Of a stretch of DNA of 64,000 nucleotides, positions 1-7,627 are shown piece after piece (the first letter of the stretch is position 1; every line of letters starts with the position of its first letter). Both the position numbers and the translations under genes were made by a program. The notes under the pieces are model-generated. The model was given only the letters and a program-made list of their open reading frames with translations. It had not been told where the DNA came from and did not search any database. Source of the stretch: an uncultured Gammaproteobacteria bacterium (GTDB lineage: Bacteria; Patescibacteriota; Patescibacteriia; Magasanikbacterales; JBBTXJ01); NCBI GenBank assembly GCA_964610305.1, contig CAZSVL010000005.1, positions 14,815-78,814 on the forward strand, read 5' to 3'.

Positions 1-2
1 AC

Positions 3-719
3 TTCAGAGGTTTAGATACATCATTTGTAGAGCAGTTGGAAAAGCAGATTTCAGTACCGGAGTGTTTTGATGGCCTCGCCGTTGTACCCAAGTATTCCGT
101 GGTTAAGAGCACGGCTCCAGAGGATTGGCCTGGATTTAACCGGGCGCTGCATTTGCTTTTGGAAATTCTGAAAGGTTCAAGTTTTTTAAAGGTTGATTTG
201 GGAAAGGCAATTGGACCGCAGAATTTATGTGTTATTGGAGACACGCGACGCTTTATGGATGAGCTGAGTAGAGAGACGCCGGGCGACTGCCTTGTGTTTC
301 CTGTTCAGACAGGGCGTCGGTATGCGGGCAAAAGTCCTTTGGAGGCTAGAGCTGAAATGACTACGCAAGAGTTCGGCTTGGATCCGTTTATTGTTGGTTG
401 TTTGCTCTTGACTCATCCAAGGAGGCTTCAAAGAGAGCATTATCTTTATATTGATTGTCCTGGCGCAGAGTATATGCTCATTGGAGAGCGGAAGTTTATG
501 AGCGTTCCCGTGTGGCGACACGCTCCTGGAGGCATCCGGCTTGGCCTGCACCTAAAGCATGAGAGCAGTCAAAAGATCGGCTCTGCTACAGGCTTTAAAA
601 TAGATCTTGGTGGTATTACGGTTGCGGCTGCTGAGATTCCACCTGCTGACCCTCGTGGTCAGAGGGCTGCGCAGATTGATGGTGGACATCCTGACAAAAA
701 AAAGTTGCTAGAATTTTAG
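3..719 (+). CDS. Hypothetical CPR-type protein, 5'-truncated by the window edge; paralog of 4225..5262
   Basis: Frame is open from position 3 (FRGLDTSFVEQLEKQISVPE...). Shares VPExFDGLAVxPK, TPGDCLVxPVQTG, ExGLDxFxVGCxLLTH and the C-terminal KLLEF with 4225..5262. Confidence 0.8.
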   Translation, partial: FRGLDTSFVEQLEKQISVPECFDGLAVVPKYSVVKSTAPEDWPGFNRALHLLLEILKGSSFLKVDLGKAIGPQNLCVIGDTRRFMDELSRETPGDCLVFPVQTGRRYAGKSPLEARAEMTTQEFGLDPFIVGCLLLTHPRRLQREHYLYIDCPGAEYMLIGERKFMSVPVWRHAPGGIRLGLHLKHESSQKIGSATGFKIDLGGITVAAAEIPPADPRGQRAAQIDGGHPDKKKLLEF

Positions 720-728
720 ATTTATTCC

Positions 729-755
729 GGACATGCTGATGCGCATGTCTTTTTT
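729..755 (+). terminator. Rho-independent terminator
   Basis: GGACATGC-N6-GCATGTCT followed by a T-run just after the stop of the first ORF. Confidence 0.65.
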
Positions 756-792
756 AATAAGCTTGACCACGCTACCTTCTTGTGATACTCTC

Positions 793-819
793 TGTAAGAA
801 TTAGCTAAACTTAGCGTCT
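793..819 (+). promoter_or_regulatory. Putative ECF-type autoregulatory promoter (near-leaderless)
   Basis: TGTAAG-N16-CGTCT ending 6 nt before the ECF sigma ATG; resembles TG(A/T)AAC...CGTC ECF promoters. Confidence 0.5.
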
Positions 820-825
820 TCTATT

Positions 826-1341
826 ATGAGCATGAGCTCTAGAGAACAACAATTCTCCGCGCTTTATGAAGAGCTTGCCGCAAAGGTGTATCGGCACGTT
901 CGTCTTAGGGTAGGATCTGAGCATGATGCTGAGGACATTGTGGCGCAGACGTTTATGAAGAGCTGGGATTACGTGAATAAAGGAAAGATAATCCTGAATA
1001 AAAAAGCGTTTGTTTTCCGTGTGGCGAATAATTTAATTATTGATTGGTATCGCGCTAAAAACAGCAGGCCGATCCCTATGGAAGATGTGGAGGAGGCAAA
1101 ACTGGGTGTTGCAGAAGAAAATTGGGATGAGATTTTAGATGCGCGCCATACATTAGAGCAAGTAGAAAAAGCGCTTGATGAGCTAGATCCATCGTACCGG
1201 GATGCTATTGTGCTTCAGTATATGGAGGGCTATAGTGTAAAAGATGTTGCAAAGAAATTACGTGTTTCAGAGAATGTGGTCTACGTGCGTGTTCATCGGG
1301 GAAGAAAAAAACTTTTGGAACTTTTGGCAGGAGCGATGTAA
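826..1341 (+). CDS. ECF RNA polymerase sigma factor (sigma-70 group 4)
   Basis: Region 2 (DAEDIVAQTFMKSW...AFVFRVANNLIIDWYR) and region 4 (EGYSVKDVAKKL...VRVHRGRKKL). Confidence 0.95.
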   Translation: MSMSSREQQFSALYEELAAKVYRHVRLRVGSEHDAEDIVAQTFMKSWDYVNKGKIILNKKAFVFRVANNLIIDWYRAKNSRPIPMEDVEEAKLGVAEENWDEILDARHTLEQVEKALDELDPSYRDAIVLQYMEGYSVKDVAKKLRVSENVVYVRVHRGRKKLLELLAGAM

Positions 1342-1353
1342 GTATTTCATCTT

Positions 1354-1419
1354 GTCATTCTGAATGAAGTGAAGAATCTAATACGTTCGTAGGGGATCCT
1401 TCGCTTCGCTCAGGATGAC
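1354..1419. repeat. REP-like palindromic element (GTCAT...ATGAC family)
   Basis: GTCATTCTGA...GAAGAATC / GATCCTTCG...TCAGGATGAC inverted halves between the sigma and anti-sigma genes. Confidence 0.85.
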
Positions 1420-1435
1420 GGCAAGAAATTAAATC

Positions 1436-2578
1436 ATGAAAAATCATTTTAAAAATTTAGAGAGCAAATACGAGTGGACGCAGGCTCAGCATGAGCGTGT
1501 GAGGAGTAAGCTGCTTGCTCACATGAAATCAACGGTTGCGGACAAACCAAGCCGCGCATCTTTTTCATGGATGAAATTAGCGCCGGCTACATTGGGCGCT
1601 ATGGTTTTTGTTTTGCTTGGTGGTGCTGGCGTAACGGTGGTAGTGGCAAAAGACAGCAGCTCTCATCATCGTCTGTATCCGGTGCGAGTAATGACAGAGA
1701 AAGTGCGCACTCAGCTTACATGGAATGATAGAAAAAAAGCGGCCCGTGCATCAGCCTATGCGGCAGAACGTTTAGATGAGCTTAATGATCTGGCGCAAGC
1801 TCAGGCAGCCGCGGCGGGAAGAGCAAAAAGGACGGTTGATATTGCGGCAGACAGACGTCTTGCCGGCTTTAAAAAAAGCGTTCTGGCAATTAATGACTTT
1901 GCCAATATTGCAAAAAAACAAATGGAAGCTCTGGCAAAGGAGGGTGATGAAGAGGCAGAGGCTTTAGTTGCAGAGTTAGACGCTGTTTTGGATGCAACGC
2001 TGGGTATTATGTATACCGTTGAGACCAGCTCTGAGCCGCATGAGCCTATGCGCAAAGTAATTTCTGTAACACGTCAGCAGATTAGTCCTTTGGAGAGCAA
2101 TGTAGAGATTATGCTCAATAGAGTGGTGGTAGAGAGATGGGAAGGGAGCTCTGTTAAGCAAGCGTCTGGAGAAAGTACGGATTACATTTCACAAAAAAAT
2201 AATGAGTCTCAGAATAAATCAGCTATACAGAAAGTTGTGCAAGCCAAAACAATGCTTAAAAGGGCGGCTGAGCGACTAGAGAAGGCAAGAAGAATATACG
2301 GATATGATGCTGTGCATAGCATGAAAGAGGGTTACCAGCGCGCAGAGAGGATTATTTCTGAGGCTGAGTCTTTGCTAGAAAACGGAAAACCAAGAGATGC
2401 GTATCATCGTGCGGATGAGGCCCTTAGGACGGCCGCGCATATAAGAACATACGCTCCCGTTATCTCGCCCAGAACAAAAGTAATTGTAGATGAATCTAAT
2501 CAACTGAGGTTACACGTGTTGCCGCAATATGAAGCAGATTTGGCTGCAACCAGCACGCAAGCAACAAGTGGAGAATAA
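1436..2578 (+). CDS. Membrane-anchored probable anti-sigma factor (DUF5667-like helical domain)
   Basis: Directly follows the ECF sigma; single TM helix, then LYPVRVMTEKVR...AAERLDE motif and coiled coil. Confidence 0.7.
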   Translation: MKNHFKNLESKYEWTQAQHERVRSKLLAHMKSTVADKPSRASFSWMKLAPATLGAMVFVLLGGAGVTVVVAKDSSSHHRLYPVRVMTEKVRTQLTWNDRKKAARASAYAAERLDELNDLAQAQAAAAGRAKRTVDIAADRRLAGFKKSVLAINDFANIAKKQMEALAKEGDEEAEALVAELDAVLDATLGIMYTVETSSEPHEPMRKVISVTRQQISPLESNVEIMLNRVVVERWEGSSVKQASGESTDYISQKNNESQNKSAIQKVVQAKTMLKRAAERLEKARRIYGYDAVHSMKEGYQRAERIISEAESLLENGKPRDAYHRADEALRTAAHIRTYAPVISPRTKVIVDESNQLRLHVLPQYEADLAATSTQATSGE

Positions 2579-2655
2579 AAAACCGCCACTTTTCTGTGAG
2601 ATCCCGGATAAATTGCTGCGCAATTTTCCGGGATGACATGGAAGGGCGGTTTTTT
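2577..2655. terminator. Bidirectional terminator whose loop contains a REP half-element
   Basis: AAAAAACCGCC (2577-2587) and GGCGGTTTTTT (2645-2655) enclose GATCCCGGA...TCCGGGATGAC (2600-2637). Confidence 0.6.
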
Positions 2656-2667
2656 GGTTTAAGATAT

Positions 2668-3019
2668 GTCATTCTGAACTTGATTCAGAATCTCACAGAA
2701 GTATGTCAGGATATAAATCTCTCCACTCCCTATTGTCTCTAGAAATCAAGTCTTCTTTCCAGGGACGTTTCCAGGCTTTCAGTTGCTTTTCTCGTGTGAT
2801 GGCTGACTCCGCATTTTCGTGAATGTCGTAATACACTAGTTTGTTTACGTTGTATTGCTTAGTAAAGCTTTCCTTGGCTCCCTCTCTGTGTTGCCACATT
2901 CTCTTTTTCAAATTACTCGTTACCCCAATGTACAAAACCGTATTGGTCTGATTGGATAAGATGTAGACGTAGTACTGTTTGTGCATTGCTGTTAGATCCT
3001 GAATCAAGTTCAGGATGAC
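2668..3019 (-). mobile_element. REP-flanked GIY-YIG cassette (REPtron-like) 1
   Basis: GTCATTCTGAACTTGATTCAGAATCT (2668-2693) and AGATCCTGAATCAAGTTCAGGATGAC (2994-3019) are inverted copies bracketing the nuclease gene. Confidence 0.75.
2693..2986 (-). CDS. GIY-YIG nuclease family protein
   Basis: YYVYIL...LYIGVT...R...H...FTKQY...LVYY...AITREKQLKAWKRPWK. Confidence 0.95.
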   Translation of the reverse strand: MHKQYYVYILSNQTNTVLYIGVTSNLKKRMWQHREGAKESFTKQYNVNKLVYYDIHENAESAITREKQLKAWKRPWKEDLISRDNREWRDLYPDILL

Positions 3020-3080
3020 GAAGGGGTGTTCAGGATGACGAAGGGGTGTTCAGGATGACGAAGGGGTGTTCAGGATGACG
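3008..3080 (+). repeat. 20-bp tandem repeat of the REP terminus, 3.65 copies
   Basis: (GTTCAGGATGACGAAGGGGT)x3 + GTTCAGGATGACG. Confidence 0.95.
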
Positions 3081-3081
3081 T

Positions 3082-4089
3082 CTACAAACCAATTTTTTTC
3101 CTGGCTTTTATCATGCTCTTCTCTGCAATAAAATGAGCCTTTCTGTTTGCCAGCTTTGAGAGTACGTCTCTTTTCAGCAGACCTGCACGTTTTTTTCTGA
3201 AGTTGCCAAAGTAATCTGAAATTGAGCGTGCTGTTGTTTGTTTGAGGTCTTTGTAAGAGATGGATTGGCCAGTAAAGCGCATGTTGTCTTTTTCTGAGCC
3301 AAAGTATTCTAGTAGTTTCAGCAGGTTGTACGCTCCAGCTACTCCTTCATTTTTTCCGGCTCCTGGTTTGAGAATCCATTCCCCTTTCCATGCTACAGGG
3401 ATTTTTCCGGTGCTCTCTGTTTTGGCTTTCTTAATTTTTTCTGCAATTGTTTTTGGAGAGTCGCTTAGATTGATGACGTTTTTTTCGCCATGAGATTTAC
3501 TCATTTTTTTATGAGGAGCGGTAAGGCTCATAACACGTGGGGTAGGGGTAAGGATGGGTCTGGCCTCTGGAAAGGTCTTTCCGTATCTATTGTTAAACCA
3601 GCGCGCAATTTTTCTAGTGAGCTCTACGTGTTGTACTTGGTCTTCTCCAACAGGCACGTGCGTCCCGCCGTAGAGTAGAATATCGGCCGCCTGCAAAACA
3701 GGGTAACTAAAGAGTCCATTATTAATATTATTTTTTTGATCTAATGACTTATCTTTAAATTGAGTCATCCGTGAGAGCTCTGCAATGGGCGTAACGCAAT
3801 TAAACATCCAGCCCAGCTCTGTGTGTTGAGGCACGGCCGATTGCAAAAAGAAAACAGACTTGCGATTGTTAATGCCAAGAGCAAAAAGCTCTGCTGCCAT
3901 CATTTTTACATTTTTTTTGAGCTCCTTGCTTTCAGGCGCTTGCGTCAGCACGTGCAAATCAGCAATAAAAAAGAAGCACTCGTTTTTTGGATCATCTTGC
4001 AATTGCTTCCAGTAGCGCAGCGCACCTAAATAATTTCCGATGTGAAGCGGTCCGCTTGGCTGAATGCCAGATACAATAGTGTGTTTCAT
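3082..4089 (-). CDS. trpS: Tryptophan--tRNA ligase
   Basis: SGIQPSGPLHIGNYLGA, YPVLQAADIL, VPVGEDQ, KMSKS. Confidence 0.98.
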   Translation of the reverse strand: MKHTIVSGIQPSGPLHIGNYLGALRYWKQLQDDPKNECFFFIADLHVLTQAPESKELKKNVKMMAAELFALGINNRKSVFFLQSAVPQHTELGWMFNCVTPIAELSRMTQFKDKSLDQKNNINNGLFSYPVLQAADILLYGGTHVPVGEDQVQHVELTRKIARWFNNRYGKTFPEARPILTPTPRVMSLTAPHKKMSKSHGEKNVINLSDSPKTIAEKIKKAKTESTGKIPVAWKGEWILKPGAGKNEGVAGAYNLLKLLEYFGSEKDNMRFTGQSISYKDLKQTTARSISDYFGNFRKKRAGLLKRDVLSKLANRKAHFIAEKSMIKARKKIGL

Positions 4090-4224
4090 AGTAGTCTTAT
4101 TGTAATCCCATATAGACATTTATGCAAAAAAATGCTATGGTGGTGCTACCGCGTCGGCCGGATGCCGGCATGTTCTGGATTCATGTGTGTTTGCTGTAGC
4201 GCAAAACGCTGCAGATTATCATGC

Positions 4225-5262
4225 ATGGAAAAGGAGGAGAAATTGGCAGAGCCAACAAGAAAGCAGCTGATAGCGCTTATGCAATTGCGTTTTGCGCCAG
4301 AGAATAGATTGTCCATTGATAGATGGCTGGCATACATAGCTGGTGTTTGTGGTGGGTTGATTGAAAAAGATGGACTGCAGCGCATCCTGCAGGGCGATCA
4401 CCCCAAAATTCAGATAGACATGGAATCAGTGGGTTTGGTGCCCGACATGCGAAGGTTTCAATTTTTTTGGAATCCCGTAGTTAGCGTTGAGCCTAGCGGT
4501 AAGTATGCCAACCAAGAGATTCTCTGCAGCGCTACGTATCCAGAAAACTGGCGTATGCTTCCAGTGGCAAGGCAAGCCGAGCTTTTAAAGCAGTTTTTTG
4601 ATGAGCTTGATGTCTCGCAGGTGCAGAAGGTTGCACAGGGGATTATGGTTCCTGAGGGTTTTGACGGCCTGGCAGTAATTCCAAAATTTGCAGCTATCGC
4701 AGATTTAGCTCATGACTACACGTTTCCTCCATTCAATGTTGCAATGAAGCGCTTGATGAGAGTTTTTAGCCAAGAATTTGAGGGATTTAAGCGCGACGCT
4801 TTTGCATGGTCTCCGGGCACCGCTGGACTATATGAGCCTACGAGAGCTTTTTTGGAGGAGTTGGCTGAGAGCACGCCAGGCGATTGTCTGGTGATGCCGG
4901 TTCAAACCGGCATACTTCATAGAGGTAGAAGTGTGCAGAGAGCGAGGGTGTGCTACACAGACGATGAGTATGGATTAGACATGTTTTCTGTGGGATGCAT
5001 ATTGCTTACCCATCAGGGGCGCTTGGCAGCTGACGCGCTGCATATCATCTGTCCGGGATCATCCGTTCAAAATTCTCTTCAGAGCCGAGTTGATTGGTCG
5101 TGCAATGGTGTTTGGCAAAAATCATCTTTGGTTGAACTTGTGCGACGCTCGAATTATAAACCCGTGAAAAACAGTGGGTGTGCAACTGCGCATTATCCAT
5201 TTAAAACCGGCGAAACGCAGTCGAGCACTGTGGATGAGAGCGCAAAGCTGCTAGAATTCTAA
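4225..5262 (+). CDS. Hypothetical CPR-type protein; paralog of 3..719
   Basis: Long ORF with the same conserved blocks as the first ORF; ends AKLLEF. Confidence 0.8.
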   Translation: MEKEEKLAEPTRKQLIALMQLRFAPENRLSIDRWLAYIAGVCGGLIEKDGLQRILQGDHPKIQIDMESVGLVPDMRRFQFFWNPVVSVEPSGKYANQEILCSATYPENWRMLPVARQAELLKQFFDELDVSQVQKVAQGIMVPEGFDGLAVIPKFAAIADLAHDYTFPPFNVAMKRLMRVFSQEFEGFKRDAFAWSPGTAGLYEPTRAFLEELAESTPGDCLVMPVQTGILHRGRSVQRARVCYTDDEYGLDMFSVGCILLTHQGRLAADALHIICPGSSVQNSLQSRVDWSCNGVWQKSSLVELVRRSNYKPVKNSGCATAHYPFKTGETQSSTVDESAKLLEF

Positions 5263-5265
5263 ACC

Positions 5266-5300
5266 AAAAATCCTGCACTTGTTGAGTACAGGATTTTTTT
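5266..5300. terminator. Bidirectional terminator
   Basis: AAAAATCCTG...CAGGATTTTTTT between convergent genes. Confidence 0.7.
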
Positions 5301-5306
5301 GTTGTG

Positions 5307-5652
5307 GTCATCCCGGACTTGATCCGGGATCCAGGGAATACGGATATAAGTCTCTCCATTGAGGATTATGCTCTTCTATCAGATCAAGCTTCCATTTGCG
5401 TTTCCAATTTTTGAGCTGTTTTTCACGCGCAATAGCTTGGCTAGCAGATTTATATTCCTCAAAATGAACCAATTTTGATACATTGTATTCTTTTGTAAAT
5501 CCTTCTGCTTCTTTCTTTTTGTGTTGCCATGTTCGTTTGAGTACGTCGTTGCTTACACCGATGTAAATCGTACCATTTCTTTTACTAGCTAATATGTAGA
5601 CGTAGTACGATTTTGCCATATACACTGGATCCTGAATCAAGTTCAGGATGAC
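5307..5652 (-). mobile_element. REP-flanked GIY-YIG cassette (REPtron-like) 2
   Basis: GTCATCCCGGACTTGATCCGGGATCCA (5307-5333) and TGGATCCTGAATCAAGTTCAGGATGAC (5626-5652) bracket the nuclease gene. Confidence 0.75.
5308..5619 (-). CDS. GIY-YIG nuclease family protein
   Basis: YYVYILASKRNGTIYIGVS...AIAREKQLKNWKRKWK; the last codons are read from the REP. Confidence 0.95.
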   Translation of the reverse strand: MAKSYYVYILASKRNGTIYIGVSNDVLKRTWQHKKKEAEGFTKEYNVSKLVHFEEYKSASQAIAREKQLKNWKRKWKLDLIEEHNPQWRDLYPYSLDPGSSPG

Positions 5653-5658
5653 GATGTA

Positions 5659-7485
5659 TTACACTTCTATCACCACCGGAAGCACCATCGGCCTCTTGCG
5701 CGTTTTTTTAAACAACATGCTGCCTACTTCGTCCCGGATTTTATTTTTGAGAATGTGAGGGTCTGTGCCCGCCTTTTTATCATGCGCTGTTGCTAGTTTT
5801 TTCACTGATCTTCTTAGGTTTTCTATGAGCTCTCTGTTTTCTTTGAGGTACACAAAGCCGCGGCTTATAATGTCTGGATTATGAATCAGCTTTCCAGATT
5901 TTGTATCAAGCGTGCAGATCACCACCACCATGCCTTCTTCTGCTAGCACTTGTCTGTCGCGCAATACAATTTGGCTTTCGTTTGATACGCCCAGGCCATC
6001 AACAAATACATAGTCTGTTACCACCTTTTTCTTGGTGAGCTCTCCGTTTCCTTTTTTATCAAACTCCATTATCTGGCCGTTGTCTGCCACATAGATGTGA
6101 TCCTTTGGCCAACCAAGACTCTCTGCCACGGATGCGTTTTCGCGTAGCAAAAAGTGATTTCCTTCAATAGGAATATAATATTTTGGCTGGAAAAGCGTAA
6201 TCATGAGTTTTAGATCTTCTTTTTTTCCATGACCGCCCGCGTGCACGTCCATCATAGAGTAGTGTATTACGCGCGCCTCTTTTCTGTAGAGCGTGTCCAT
6301 GAGTCTTTGCACAGAGCGCTCGTTTCCGGGAACCACAGAAGAAGAAAAGATTACCGTATCGGTCTTTCTAATTTTCACGCTGCGGTGATCGCCGTTTGCA
6401 ATACGCATAAGTGCCGCGCGGCTCTCGCCTTGCGCGCCGGTGCATACAATTACAATTTTATCATCATCGTAGTTATCAATTTTGTTGATAGGGATGATGG
6501 TGTCTTTTTTTATGGGCCTAATAAAGCCAAGTTCTCTGGCAATCTCTACGTTTGTTTTCATGCTGTAGCCTTCAAACGCAACTTTTTTGCCGTGGACTTC
6601 CGCCAGATCTACAATTTGTTTTACGCGCGATAGCAAAGACGCAAACGTTCCAATAATAAGTCTGCCCGGCGCTTTTTCTATGATCCTGTCCAGCGTCTCG
6701 CCAATTTCTTTTTCTGAAATCTGATGGCCGGGGCGGTTGGCGTTTGTAGAGTCTCCCATAAGCGCCAAAACACCCTCTGATCCCACCTTAGCAATTCTCT
6801 GCAGATCTGCTGGTGGTTCACCAACCGGGTGAAAATCAAATTTCCAGTCTCCGGTGTGGATTACTGTGCCGTTTGGTGTTTTTACTACAATGCCGGCAGA
6901 GTCTGGAATGTTATGGTTGATGTGAAAGAAGCTCACTTCAAAATGTCCCAACTTAAGAACGTCTGTAATTTTTGACACCTTTATTTTAAGCGGAGGAGTA
7001 TTAAAATCTGTCTGGCGTTTTTTAATGATGCCGGCAGATGTTGGCAGGGCATAAATAGTTGGGTTTCCAATGTTAGGAACGGTGTGGGGGATTGCGCCAA
7101 TGTGGTCATAGTGACCGTGCGTAATGATAACGCCACGGATATTTTTTTCTTTTCCTTTTAGATAGCTCATGTTTGGCACAATGTAATCTATGCCAGGCAT
7201 GTCTTCTTCTGGAAATTGAAGACCCATGTCTATGAGGATGATGTCATTTTTGTACTCCAAAAGAGTGCAGTTGCGTCCAACCTCTTCTAATCCGCCAAGC
7301 ACAATAACGCGTAGCTTGTCGCCGCTTGGTGGTGGGACGGCAGCGGGCGTCCGTCTCTGTGGAGCTCGCCTTTTGTTTTGTCCCTGTCTGTTGTGAGGGC
7401 GCCGCTTTTGATGCGATTTTGCGCCCGTGGTTTTTCCGGCTGGTCGTCTTTGTTGCTGACGCCGCGGAGATGATTTAGTTGTCAT
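5659..7485 (-). CDS. rnj: Ribonuclease J
   Basis: LGGLEEVGRN, THGHYDHIGA, HTGDWKFD, CTGAQGE, HAGGH, RKRPMVLPV; basic disordered N-terminus. Confidence 0.97.
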   Translation of the reverse strand: MTTKSSPRRQQQRRPAGKTTGAKSHQKRRPHNRQGQNKRRAPQRRTPAAVPPPSGDKLRVIVLGGLEEVGRNCTLLEYKNDIILIDMGLQFPEEDMPGIDYIVPNMSYLKGKEKNIRGVIITHGHYDHIGAIPHTVPNIGNPTIYALPTSAGIIKKRQTDFNTPPLKIKVSKITDVLKLGHFEVSFFHINHNIPDSAGIVVKTPNGTVIHTGDWKFDFHPVGEPPADLQRIAKVGSEGVLALMGDSTNANRPGHQISEKEIGETLDRIIEKAPGRLIIGTFASLLSRVKQIVDLAEVHGKKVAFEGYSMKTNVEIARELGFIRPIKKDTIIPINKIDNYDDDKIVIVCTGAQGESRAALMRIANGDHRSVKIRKTDTVIFSSSVVPGNERSVQRLMDTLYRKEARVIHYSMMDVHAGGHGKKEDLKLMITLFQPKYYIPIEGNHFLLRENASVAESLGWPKDHIYVADNGQIMEFDKKGNGELTKKKVVTDYVFVDGLGVSNESQIVLRDRQVLAEEGMVVVICTLDTKSGKLIHNPDIISRGFVYLKENRELIENLRRSVKKLATAHDKKAGTDPHILKNKIRDEVGSMLFKKTRKRPMVLPVVIEV

Positions 7486-7582
7486 ATTTGTTGCGCGATA
7501 AAATCGCGAAAGATATAAAGAAAGTTAAAGTTATTGATTATTAATTTTTAGACACCCACTAGTTTAGTTGGTGTTTTGTGTC

Positions 7583-7618
7583 GGGATCCTACCGCCTGCT
7601 ACGCGGCTCCAGGATGAC
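7583..7618. repeat. REP-like half element
   Basis: GGGATCCT...CCAGGATGAC; same terminus as the other copies. Confidence 0.7.
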
Positions 7619-7627
7619 GCTTGCGCG

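Noticed and set aside
3008-3080. Possible CRISPR array
   Set aside because: The units are identical head-to-tail 20-mers with no unique spacers, and there are no cas genes.
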